A DNA stretch of 64,000 nucleotides from an uncultured delta proteobacterium (GTDB taxonomy: Bacteria > Myxococcota_A > Polyangia > Polyangiales > Polyangiaceae). This document shows positions 47,380 through 56,429 of this stretch, piece by piece. The position numbers and the translations under genes were made by a program. The stretch spans positions 736,001-800,000 of the forward strand of contig CAWJCS010000003.1 of the NCBI GenBank assembly GCA_963841435.1. Direction: 5' to 3'. The notes under the pieces are model-generated. The model made no database searches. It was not told where the DNA came from and worked only from the letters and a program-made list of their open reading frames with translations. The number at the start of each line of letters is the position of its first letter. Positions within the stretch are counted from its first letter, which is position 1.

Positions 47380-48735
47380 ATGGGGCGCTGGACCGCGGTA
47401 ACCTCACCGATCTTGGTCGGGACGTTACGTTCGAAACGAGCCAGGGCCCGGCGGCTAGGGCGCGCTTCCCTCACCGCGGCAGGGGCGGTGGCGCTCGTGC
47501 TCGTTTCGCACGGTTGCTCCGGCAAATCTCACGCGGACGACGATGACGACACGTTGGCCGGCGAGGGCGGAGCGCCGGGCAGCGGCGGCAGCTCGGGAGC
47601 AGGCCGGGGCGGTTCGATGGCATGCCCCCCGGGCGAAGCCGTGTGCGACGGCGAGTTCCTGACCGTGTGCAACCAGGAAGGGACGGGCTACACGCTGCGC
47701 ATCGATTGCGCGCCCGCGGCCTGCGTCGCGACGAGCGAGGGCGCCAACTGTGGTGAGGCCGGTGGTGGCGGCTCGGGGGGCGGCGGCGCGGCGACAGGTG
47801 GCTCGGGGGGGAGCGGTGGCCCGGGCGGTGGCTCGGGCGGCACCGGAGGCGGCTCGGCCTCGGGTGGCAGCGGCGGCGACGCCGGCTCGAGCTCCGGGGG
47901 TGATTCGGGCAGCGGCGGCAGCTCGGCGAGCGGCGGTAGCTCGGCGAGCGGCGGTAGCTCGGCGAGCGGCGGTAGCTCGGCGAGCGGCGGCAGCTCGGGC
48001 AGTGGCGGCTCGACCACGGGGCCTTGCGACACCGACGGGTTCTTCCTGTGCGACTGCCTGCCGGCGTTCGGCGCGGGAGAGCAGGTGCTCGACGGCGCGG
48101 GAGACGATTTCGTCACGGTGCCACCGATGACGTTCGACGTGAGCTCGATGCCCTACCTGAGCCCGGACCACGACGCTCCCGCGACGGCCACGGCGACGGT
48201 GCGCGCCGCGTGGACGGCGGATGCGTTCGTCGCGCACGTGCACGTCGTCGATCCGCTCGTGATCGCCGACACGGCAGCGACGCTCTGGAACGGCGACGCC
48301 GTGCAGTTCTTCGCCGCGGGCACGGACCTTCTCACGGGCTCGTATTCGGGCACGGAAGACGGCGGAGCGACGCACGTCATCATCGCGCCGCCGACGGACA
48401 CCAAGGCGCCGCGCGCCATCACCATTTACGAGCCATGTTATGCCTGCGTCACCACGTCGATCCTCGCGACGTCGAGCTATGCCGCGCGCACCGTCGCCGA
48501 CGGCTACGAGGTCGAGGTGCGGCTGCCGTGGGCGTCGAACGCCGTCCCTCGCGTTTCGGGCGCGCGCATCGCGCTCGACCTGGTGATCGGCGTCGCGAAC
48601 AGCGCCGGCAGCGGCCTCGAGCTCGAGGGCACGCTCCGGAACGATCCCACGCTCCCCTCCGACTCGTGCTCGCCGACGCCGCGAACCCACCCCGGCTGCG
48701 ACGATCGCGTGTGGTGCACGCCGAGGCTCGAGTAG
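47380..48735 (+). CDS. Lipoprotein with Gly/Ser linker and CBM9/DOMON-like domain (start uncertain)
   Basis: SHGC lipobox; AAWTADA...V.D, WNGDAVQFF and GYEVEVRLPW motifs. Confidence 0.7.
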   Translation: MGRWTAVTSPILVGTLRSKRARARRLGRASLTAAGAVALVLVSHGCSGKSHADDDDDTLAGEGGAPGSGGSSGAGRGGSMACPPGEAVCDGEFLTVCNQEGTGYTLRIDCAPAACVATSEGANCGEAGGGGSGGGGAATGGSGGSGGPGGGSGGTGGGSASGGSGGDAGSSSGGDSGSGGSSASGGSSASGGSSASGGSSASGGSSGSGGSTTGPCDTDGFFLCDCLPAFGAGEQVLDGAGDDFVTVPPMTFDVSSMPYLSPDHDAPATATATVRAAWTADAFVAHVHVVDPLVIADTAATLWNGDAVQFFAAGTDLLTGSYSGTEDGGATHVIIAPPTDTKAPRAITIYEPCYACVTTSILATSSYAARTVADGYEVEVRLPWASNAVPRVSGARIALDLVIGVANSAGSGLELEGTLRNDPTLPSDSCSPTPRTHPGCDDRVWCTPRLE

Positions 48736-48748
48736 CCCGGGCGGCGCC

Positions 48749-49396
48749 TCAGCGCGCACCCTTCGCGACGGCGCCTGCCCGGAGATACCCCGAGCTCAAA
48801 AATCCCTCGATCTGCCCGGTGAGCGCCTCGGCGCTCTCCTCGGCGAGGCCGAGCGTCACCGCCTGGTAGAGCAGCTCCTTGAGCGCGCCGATCGTGAGGT
48901 AAGCGAACACTCGGGGCTCACCGTCGGCGACGATGCCGAGCGCCTGGCCGTCCTTCAAGCTCTCGGCGAGCAGACCCACCATGGCATCGTAGAAGGTCGC
49001 AAGCTTTCGATCGAACGCGGGATCGACACCCGAAGCCGCGTCCGTGATGAGGATCTTCGTCATCGCGCGCTCACTCAGGCACGCGCCGATGATGCTGCGG
49101 ATGTTCTCGCGCACCTGGGAGGCGACACTGCGCGACGGATCGTCGGTCACGATGCGCGCGATCGCGACGGCGAGCTGCGAGGCGAAGCGGTCGATGAGAT
49201 CGGAGAACACCGCGCGCTTGTCCTCGAAATAGAGGTAAAAGGTGCCCCGCGCGACGCCCGCCTGCTCGACGATGTCGTCGATCGTCGTCTGGTGGTAGCC
49301 GCGCCTCGCGAAGACACTGCGCGCTGCCGCGAGGATTTGCAGGCGACGTTCGGCCTTCGCCACGGCGGGGGCGCGCGGCTTCTTCTTCGGGGTCAC
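48749..49396 (-). CDS. TetR-family transcriptional regulator
   Basis: ILAAARSVFARRGYHQTTIDDIVEQAGVARGTFYLYF. Confidence 0.93.
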   Translation of the reverse strand: MTPKKKPRAPAVAKAERRLQILAAARSVFARRGYHQTTIDDIVEQAGVARGTFYLYFEDKRAVFSDLIDRFASQLAVAIARIVTDDPSRSVASQVRENIRSIIGACLSERAMTKILITDAASGVDPAFDRKLATFYDAMVGLLAESLKDGQALGIVADGEPRVFAYLTIGALKELLYQAVTLGLAEESAEALTGQIEGFLSSGYLRAGAVAKGAR

Positions 49397-49575
49397 GGGG
49401 CCCGAGCATGGGCGGACCGCGAGGGCGCCGCAAAGACAGCCGTGCCCGGCGGCTGGCACAGCTGTGCCAGCGCCGCGCCGGGCGGCTCCGTCGAATCCGC
49501 AGCAATCCTGCTGAATTCGCCCGAGCGAGCGGCGCTCACGGGCGGCACGGCGCTTGCGTCTATTGGGGGGTTCGG

Positions 49576-50550
49576 ATGCGCAATTTTTCCTGGCGATGGA
49601 TAGTGGTGGCTTCCCTGACAGGCCTCGCGTGCGGGGGGCAGAGTCTCGTTGAGGAGGCCGGTGGGACCGGCGGCGACGGCGGGTCGGTGGCCGGAGGCAG
49701 CGGCGGGAGCGGCGGCACGGTCACGACGGGCGGCACGGGTGCGACGGGCGGCACGGTCACGACCGGCGGCACGGGTGCGGTTGGCGCCACGGGAGGCTCG
49801 GGCGGAACGGTGACGGCCGGCACGGGCGGGAGCGGCGCGACACCGGGCGCTGGTGGCAGCGCGGGCTCGGGAACGGGCGGCACTGCCGCCGTCGGCGGGG
49901 CCGGCGCGATTGGCGGCGTCGCGGGCGCGGCGGCCGTCGGTGGCGTCCCCCCGGGCGGGATGGGCGGCGGCGCGGGCAGCGTAGCGGTAAACTGCGTCGA
50001 CCCGGACGTCGGAATGCAGGGCACGGCCGCCTGGACCGTGCGAGCCACGACGACGGGCGAAAACGGCTCCTTCACGGACACGTGTGACGAGAACGGCAAC
50101 CTCATCGAGTACCTTTGCGAGACCGCGACGTGTGGGTTCGACACGGCCGGCGCCGTGCCGGCAGCCGGCGGGAGCTCGGACGTGGGCGTCCCGTGCCAGC
50201 CCATCACGAGCCGATTCGTGATTTCGACCAGCGTCAACTGCGCCGGACGCTGTGTCGAAGGCGCCTGCAACTGGTTTTGCGCTTCGCAGGGCGACACGCT
50301 CACCGTCGTGGAGGCGCCCGGCGATCACGTCACCTTCGAGGATGGCGGGACCATTCTCGACTGCAAACCGCTCGTCGAGCTCGGCGGCTTCGAGTGCCTT
50401 TCGCCGGCGCTGCTCGGGCACACGATGAGCGTCGTCTCGCTCGGCAACTGCACGGCCCAGAGCACGGTCCTCGGCGCCGACGACGCGACGACCACTCCCG
50501 GCGAGGATTGCGCCTACGAGTGCATCCCGCGCGACGGCGCGACCCAGTAG
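49576..50550 (+). CDS. Gly-linker Cys-rich lipoprotein
   Basis: GLAC lipobox; FTDTC...LIEYLC motif. Confidence 0.75.
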   Translation: MRNFSWRWIVVASLTGLACGGQSLVEEAGGTGGDGGSVAGGSGGSGGTVTTGGTGATGGTVTTGGTGAVGATGGSGGTVTAGTGGSGATPGAGGSAGSGTGGTAAVGGAGAIGGVAGAAAVGGVPPGGMGGGAGSVAVNCVDPDVGMQGTAAWTVRATTTGENGSFTDTCDENGNLIEYLCETATCGFDTAGAVPAAGGSSDVGVPCQPITSRFVISTSVNCAGRCVEGACNWFCASQGDTLTVVEAPGDHVTFEDGGTILDCKPLVELGGFECLSPALLGHTMSVVSLGNCTAQSTVLGADDATTTPGEDCAYECIPRDGATQ

Positions 50551-50595
50551 CGCACGACCGCGACCGCGCGCGCCGCGCCACGCGAAGCAGGCCGC

Positions 50596-51735
50596 TCAGC
50601 GCGGCCCGGCGCCGTTCATCACGATGTCCTTCACGGCATCCGCGGCGTCCGGGTCGTACGCGTAGGGCGGCTCGAAGGCCGTCCCGGTTTGATCCTCGGC
50701 GCCCGACGTATCGACGTAGTCGTTGCCGCGTGCCGTGAGCTTGGCGGGGCCGCCATCGTCCTCGTTGATCTCGTGCGGCGTCGAGACACCGTCGAAGTAG
50801 TTGTTCTCCACGAAGAGGTCCGCTTCGAAACCCGCGCGGATCACGTAGTTGTTCCCGGTGCTGGAATAATAGTTGTCGAAAACGTGCACCTTGCCGAAGC
50901 GCACGCGCGGCATGCGCTCGTGAACACGCTCGGCCCACCAGTTGTGATGGAACGTCACGCTGAGGGCGCCGCGATCCTCGGCCGCGGCGTTCGCGCTGTC
51001 GCTGTGACCGACGAGATTCGAAAAACGGTGGTTTTCGTACGGCGCCACGTCCGAATAGCGGAATTTCGTCCACGAGACCGTGATGAAGTCGGAGCCGTGC
51101 ACGATGTCGAGGTTGCCGTCACGGCCGTCCCAGATCTCGCAATGATCGATCCAGACATGGTGCGCGTGGTAGATGACCATCGCGTCGTCGTCGTCGTTGG
51201 GCGCTTCGTCCGGCTTGCCTTCGATGATCGAGGTGGCGCCGTTGACGCGCACGTTGCGAACGATCACGTTATTTACGACTTCGTCGGACGATTGCGGGCG
51301 GATGCGGATGCCGCCGTTCAGCAACGCACCGCCGGCGAGACCCACGAGCGTCTTGTTCGACAGGAGCTCGAGACGAGGCACGTCGAAGGTGCCCGTGACT
51401 TCGATGACGAGCGGCTCGTCACTCACGCCGTAGGCGACGAGCTCCTCGGCGGTGGTCGGGCGCACGGTGCGGCCGCCGTCGCCGCCCGTCGTGGTGTCGA
51501 GACCGAGGCCGGGCACCGCGGCCCAGCCGATGAGCGCGTCGGCGGGGACCTCGGCAGGACTCCCCGCCGTACCGGAGCTGCCCGCGGTCGCCCCGCTGCC
51601 GGACGCGGCGGCGTCGCCAGCGCTACCCCCCGCGCCACCCGTGCCCCCGGCGGCGGGGGTCGCGGCGCCGTCATCGCCGCCGCAGGCGGCCGTGACGAGA
51701 GCGAGAAGAAAGTAGGAAAAGACAGGGCGCAGCAT
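50596..51735 (-). CDS. Pectate lyase (PL1) lipoprotein
   Basis: SNKTLVG, NVIVRN, VWIDHC, DGNLDI and RMPRVRFG motifs. Confidence 0.92.
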   Translation of the reverse strand: MLRPVFSYFLLALVTAACGGDDGAATPAAGGTGGAGGSAGDAAASGSGATAGSSGTAGSPAEVPADALIGWAAVPGLGLDTTTGGDGGRTVRPTTAEELVAYGVSDEPLVIEVTGTFDVPRLELLSNKTLVGLAGGALLNGGIRIRPQSSDEVVNNVIVRNVRVNGATSIIEGKPDEAPNDDDDAMVIYHAHHVWIDHCEIWDGRDGNLDIVHGSDFITVSWTKFRYSDVAPYENHRFSNLVGHSDSANAAAEDRGALSVTFHHNWWAERVHERMPRVRFGKVHVFDNYYSSTGNNYVIRAGFEADLFVENNYFDGVSTPHEINEDDGGPAKLTARGNDYVDTSGAEDQTGTAFEPPYAYDPDAADAVKDIVMNGAGPR

Positions 51736-51861
51736 CGCGGTGCTAAGTGCCCGAAGCACGGGTTTCGATCACGGATTTCGCCGGTCCGCGCCAGATGATG
51801 GGGCGCCCCTGGCAGCTGCCCGCTCCGTGGCGCGCCGCCGCGGTGGGGGTACGCTTCGGCC

Positions 51862-52413
51862 GTGCGACGCTTGCCGGGCTGCTTGCTCACGGCAGCGCTC
51901 GTTTCGGGCGCGGCGACCGCGTCTGCCCAGCGGGCCCCTCCGACCCTGCGGCTCGAGCTGCCCGCGCGGCTCTCGCTGCCACCATCCCCCGACGCGCGCG
52001 AGCCGGCGCTCTGGACCATGCCGGCGTTCCCGAGCGAACGCTTCGCGCTGCCGTTTCCGCTCGCGCCCCGCCGCTTCTCGTTCGAACGGATCCGCCCGGT
52101 GGTGCCGACGGCCTTCGACGTTCCGCCGGTTCTGTTCCGCGCCGACGCCACGTGGCTCGATGCCGGCCCCCTGACGCTTCACACCCTCATGCAGTCGAGC
52201 GAAGCGCTCGGTCTCGACTGCCGGTTGACCTGCCGCGCCCTGCCCGAGCTCATGCTCAGCGAGGAAGCACGGGCTCACCTCGGCGGCGCCGGGCCCGTGC
52301 CGGACAACTACGTCTACTTGCAGAACCGCTGGACCGCGGCGCCGAGCGGCGGATTCACGCGCGGCGCGTCGGGCCTCGTTTCGCTCGGGCTCGGGGGGCT
52401 GCTCGACCTGTGA
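51862..52413 (+). CDS. Hypothetical exported protein
   Basis: Signal peptide; ends GGLLDL. Confidence 0.55.
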   Translation: MRRLPGCLLTAALVSGAATASAQRAPPTLRLELPARLSLPPSPDAREPALWTMPAFPSERFALPFPLAPRRFSFERIRPVVPTAFDVPPVLFRADATWLDAGPLTLHTLMQSSEALGLDCRLTCRALPELMLSEEARAHLGGAGPVPDNYVYLQNRWTAAPSGGFTRGASGLVSLGLGGLLDL

Positions 52414-52462
52414 CGCAAACGATGGCCTTCGGCCGGCCCGCGCGACGAAAGGCGCCGCGCGC

Positions 52463-53533
52463 TCAGTCCTCGATCACCACCGACACGCGCTGCATGCGGT
52501 CGGGTGTCATGACGGCGCCCGCGGCGGCGATGTTCACGGCGTAGTCGCCGGCCGTCGCCCGTTCTCCGAGCACGCCGAGCAGCAGGAGCTCCGTGCCGGC
52601 CGCAACCGCCGTCAGGGCGGCCGCCGGAATGGTGAGGGTGCCGTCCTCGGCAGCCGCCAAGCACACCAGGTACGGGGCGCCGCTCGTCGTCGACCGAGTC
52701 TGGATCTGCAGCGCGACGCCCTTGATCCCGCGGTCCCAGCGCAAGACGAGATCGGCCGAGCGCGAGGCGTGCACCGTGCCCTCACCCGCGGCGAGCGCGG
52801 GCTCCGTGAGCAGAAGCACGAGCGGGTAAGTCAGGGTGTGCGTGAACGCGGGGACCCCGCCGCCGCTGGCCGTGATCGTGACGGTCTCGCCGCCTCCGAG
52901 GTAACCGGAAGGCGTGGACAAACCGTACGCGCCCGTCGCATCGGGCGTGAGCTCGACGGAGAAGGTATCCATCTCGCTTGCGATCGTGATCGAGCCGGCG
53001 TCGGGAGGGGTGGTGGGTTCCGGCGTCGGGCCGCCACCCGGATCCGTGACGGGGCAATCCCACACGGCGCACGCTCCGTAGGTCGTGGGCATGCAGACGG
53101 AAGGCGTCACAACGCTGCCGCCGCGCGCGAAGCTCGCGCTCGCGAACGAGTAGTTCCTCGTGTCGTCCGGGAAGTGATAGATGGTGCCAAACTGGACTTG
53201 ACCCGTCGGCGTGCTCAAGGTCGCGCCCGCGCTGCCTGCCGAACCGGCCTCGCCCGCCGTTCCGCCGGTGCCCGTGCCCGCCACACCACCCGTGCCGGAC
53301 CCGCCGGCACCGGCTCCCGCCACGCCCGCGCTACCCGCGGTACCCCCACTTTCGGCCGTACCAGCGCTACCACTTGAAGCGCTGCTGCCGGCAGCCCCAC
53401 CCGTCGCTCCCGCCGCGCCGGAGGAACCGCCCGTCGCACCGCCACCCGGCGTCACGTTCCCCCCGTTGTGATCCGGTCCGCAGGCGACCACGGAAAAGCC
53501 GACGAGCATCCCCAAACGAGCGAACTTCGACAT
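52463..53533 (-). CDS. Hypothetical Gly-linker lipoprotein
   Basis: VVAC lipobox; DGTLTIPAAAL motif. Confidence 0.75.
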   Translation of the reverse strand: MSKFARLGMLVGFSVVACGPDHNGGNVTPGGGATGGSSGAAGATGGAAGSSASSGSAGTAESGGTAGSAGVAGAGAGGSGTGGVAGTGTGGTAGEAGSAGSAGATLSTPTGQVQFGTIYHFPDDTRNYSFASASFARGGSVVTPSVCMPTTYGACAVWDCPVTDPGGGPTPEPTTPPDAGSITIASEMDTFSVELTPDATGAYGLSTPSGYLGGGETVTITASGGGVPAFTHTLTYPLVLLLTEPALAAGEGTVHASRSADLVLRWDRGIKGVALQIQTRSTTSGAPYLVCLAAAEDGTLTIPAAALTAVAAGTELLLLGVLGERATAGDYAVNIAAAGAVMTPDRMQRVSVVIED

Positions 53534-53694
53534 CCCAAGCTCCTCTGCGAAGATTCCGAGCCAAAGCAAGACGCGTACCGCGAGAGCCAGGGTGCTCTCG
53601 AGCGGCCTCGCACGCTTGAGCTGGATTGCCGCCTGATCTTGGTGTCGCGGCGCCCCCCGAACCACCAGGAACACAGGAGCCTTCGCGCTCCCCG

Positions 53695-54513
53695 TCAGCC
53701 GGCCTTCTGTCCCCACTTCTCGGCGAGGCCCGCACCGACCCGGAGCGCCGCCACCACGACGCCGGGCGCATGTCGCTGGACGCCGACCGCGACCTTGCCA
53801 TGGGCCGTGATGACCACCTCGGCACGCCGAGCAACGACGGCGCCGACCATACTGCGTGCCGCTCGCGCTGCGGGCATCGAAAGCCAGCCGGGCAAGGGAT
53901 CTCGCGCGTCTTCGTGGAAGCTACTCTGGTTGTCGACCTTGCGGAGCTCGCTCTCGACGAAGCCGGGCGCGAGGTGCGTCACCGAAACACCGCTTTCTCT
54001 CAGCTCGCCGCGCAGGCAAGCCGAAAGCGACCGCACGGCATGCTTGCTCATGCAGTACGCGGACCAGCCGGGCAGCGATACGTAACCGTTGACGCTGCCG
54101 ACGATGCCGATGGCGCCGCGCCGCTCGGTGAGCGCGGGCAGCGACTCCCGCACGCTACGTAGTACACCGAACACGTTCGTCTCGAACTGCCTTCGATAAT
54201 CCTCGAGGGTGAGCGACGTGACCCCGCCCGCCACGGCAAACCCGGCATTCGCGAACAGAAAGTCCAGCCCACCGAAACGCTCGACGGCAGCGCGCACGCC
54301 GCGCTCTATGTCACCGTCACGCGTAACGTCACCGGGCACGCCGAGCGCACGCGCTCCGAGCCGCTCGGCGAGCGCCGCGACACGCTCGGCGCGACGCGCC
54401 AGGAGGACCACGGAGCCGCCGCGCACGACGACCTCTTCGGCGAGAGCCGCGCCGATGCCGGCCGAGGCGCCCGTGACGAGCGCGACCTTACCCTCGAGGT
54501 TGCCGTGAGCCAT
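53695..54513 (-). CDS. SDR family oxidoreductase
   Basis: TGASAGIG, NAG and YCMSK motifs. Confidence 0.93.
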   Translation of the reverse strand: MAHGNLEGKVALVTGASAGIGAALAEEVVVRGGSVVLLARRAERVAALAERLGARALGVPGDVTRDGDIERGVRAAVERFGGLDFLFANAGFAVAGGVTSLTLEDYRRQFETNVFGVLRSVRESLPALTERRGAIGIVGSVNGYVSLPGWSAYCMSKHAVRSLSACLRGELRESGVSVTHLAPGFVESELRKVDNQSSFHEDARDPLPGWLSMPAARAARSMVGAVVARRAEVVITAHGKVAVGVQRHAPGVVVAALRVGAGLAEKWGQKAG

Positions 54514-54517
54514 GCCG

Positions 54518-55189
54518 TCAGTCCGTGATGAGGCCGATTTTGGCGTCGTAGCGCAAGTGCCCGAGACGCTCGTCGTCGAGCTCGATGCTGTAGTCGTTGG
54601 GCACGTTGATCACGGCTTCCTTCTTGCCGACGAAGATCGGGCGCGCGCCCTTGGTGCCGGAGAACGCGACGTGCACCCCGTCTTCTCCCTGTTCGGCCAG
54701 CGTGACGGGGCCAATCGACACTTCCCGCAGCGTGGACCCTTGACGCTTGTAGACGATGAGCACGGTGCGCTTCTCGGATTCCTTCTTGAAGCGCAGCACG
54801 TCGGGAAGGAACGCGTCGCGCGCCTTGGAGAGACAGGCGGCTTGCTTTTCGAGCTCGCCGTTCGCTTCCTTCTGACACGCCGATTGCGCCGTCTGTTTCG
54901 CGTCGGACGCGGCGTAGTCAACGAGAAAGGCGGCGTCGGGTGCCGTGATCACTTCGATTGGCTTCTGAGAGCGCGTCGGACCCGTGGTCGGGGGCGGCGA
55001 GGCGCTCACAGCGGTCTCGGTCTCGGGCGCGGGCTCGGTCTCGGGCGGCGGGGGTGGCGGCGGTGGGGGCGGTGGCGGCGGTGGATGGGCAACGGGAGCG
55101 GGGGCAGCGGCCGGCGGCGGCGGGCTCGCGCAGGCCACGAGCGTGAGAAGCGACGGTAAAATGAGCAGAGAACGCGCAGTCAACGGCAT
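54518..55189 (-). CDS. Pro-rich lipoprotein
   Basis: LVAC lipobox and poly-Pro linker. Confidence 0.75.
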   Translation of the reverse strand: MPLTARSLLILPSLLTLVACASPPPPAAAPAPVAHPPPPPPPPPPPPPPETEPAPETETAVSASPPPTTGPTRSQKPIEVITAPDAAFLVDYAASDAKQTAQSACQKEANGELEKQAACLSKARDAFLPDVLRFKKESEKRTVLIVYKRQGSTLREVSIGPVTLAEQGEDGVHVAFSGTKGARPIFVGKKEAVINVPNDYSIELDDERLGHLRYDAKIGLITD

Positions 55190-55255
55190 GAGGGCACCTC
55201 GGACCGCGCTAGCCTAGTGCACCGCTCGCGAGATGCGAGCAAACCATAGAAAGCG

Positions 55256-56332
55256 ATGCTTCCCACCATGCGACCCTGGTTCTTCGGCGTGCTGCTCGTC
55301 GGGTGCCAAGGTGCCACGCCGGGTGCGCCCGCGGGCAGTGAGCGTCGTGGCCCGTTCGTGATCCGGGGAGCTTTGGACGTCGAGGGGCGAAGCGTCGAGC
55401 TCGGGGTGAGCGGCGCGACGTTCGTCGATGCAGCGGGTCTTTCCGGAGCGCGCGTCGTGGACCTGGGCGGCGCGTTCGTCGTGCCGGCGTTCATCGACAG
55501 CCACGTGCACCTCACGTACTACCCGGTGGCGGATCAGCTGCCGGCGGGTGGCGTGGCCGGCGCCGTCAACTTCGCCGCGCCGTTTGCGGCGCTCACGGCG
55601 ACGTTTCCGATCGTGATGCGGCAGTCGGGACCAATGCTAACGTCGCTCTTGGGCTACCCGACGCAGTCCTGGGGGCAGGGCGGCTACGGGCTCGAGGTGG
55701 CGACGCCCGACGAAGCACGCGACGCCGTCGATCGCGTGCTCGACGCGGGCGCGAGCTTCGTGAAGACGCCGCTCGTCGGCGATGCAGGTGTCGATGACGA
55801 CGAGCTTTTTGCCATCGTCGAGCGCGCGCACGAGCGCGGCGTGCGCGTCGCGGTGCACGCGCTCGGGGCCACGGACGCCGAGCGCGCCGTGCAGGCGGAT
55901 GTCAACATCCTCGCGCATACACCCGAAGAGGCGTTGCCCAGCGAGCTTTTCGAGGCGTTCGCCGATCGCGCCGTCGTGAGCACGCTCTCGGCTTTCGGGG
56001 CGAGCACCGAGGCCCTCACGAACCTGCGCGCGTTCGCCGACCACGGCGCCACGGTGCTCTACGGCACGGACCTCGGCAACACGCGCGACGCCGGGATTCA
56101 GCTGGCGGAGGTCGCGGCCCTTGGACGGGCAGGCTTCAGTGGAGCGGAGATCGTGCATGCCGCCACCGATCGTGCGGCCGATTTCTGGGGCATGACAGAG
56201 CTTGGTCGCCTCGAGCCCGGACGCAACGCGAGCTTCCTCGTGCTCGCCGGTGATCCGAATCTCGACCCTGTGACGCTCGCGACACCCGTCGCCGTCGTGA
56301 TCGACGGAGAGGTCCTGGCCGGAAGCTTGTGA
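55256..56332 (+). CDS. Amidohydrolase-family protein (probable lipoprotein)
   Basis: PAFIDSHVH, VAVHA, LAH, YGTD and GRLEPGRNA motifs. Confidence 0.85.
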   Translation: MLPTMRPWFFGVLLVGCQGATPGAPAGSERRGPFVIRGALDVEGRSVELGVSGATFVDAAGLSGARVVDLGGAFVVPAFIDSHVHLTYYPVADQLPAGGVAGAVNFAAPFAALTATFPIVMRQSGPMLTSLLGYPTQSWGQGGYGLEVATPDEARDAVDRVLDAGASFVKTPLVGDAGVDDDELFAIVERAHERGVRVAVHALGATDAERAVQADVNILAHTPEEALPSELFEAFADRAVVSTLSAFGASTEALTNLRAFADHGATVLYGTDLGNTRDAGIQLAEVAALGRAGFSGAEIVHAATDRAADFWGMTELGRLEPGRNASFLVLAGDPNLDPVTLATPVAVVIDGEVLAGSL

Positions 56333-56429
56333 GCGCCCCTGAACGGCGGTGCTCGTCGCATGCGGCCCCCCATCGCGTTGCCGCCCCTGGCCCCGCGTGG
56401 CATAGTCCGACTTTGGAGGAGGTGTTCCT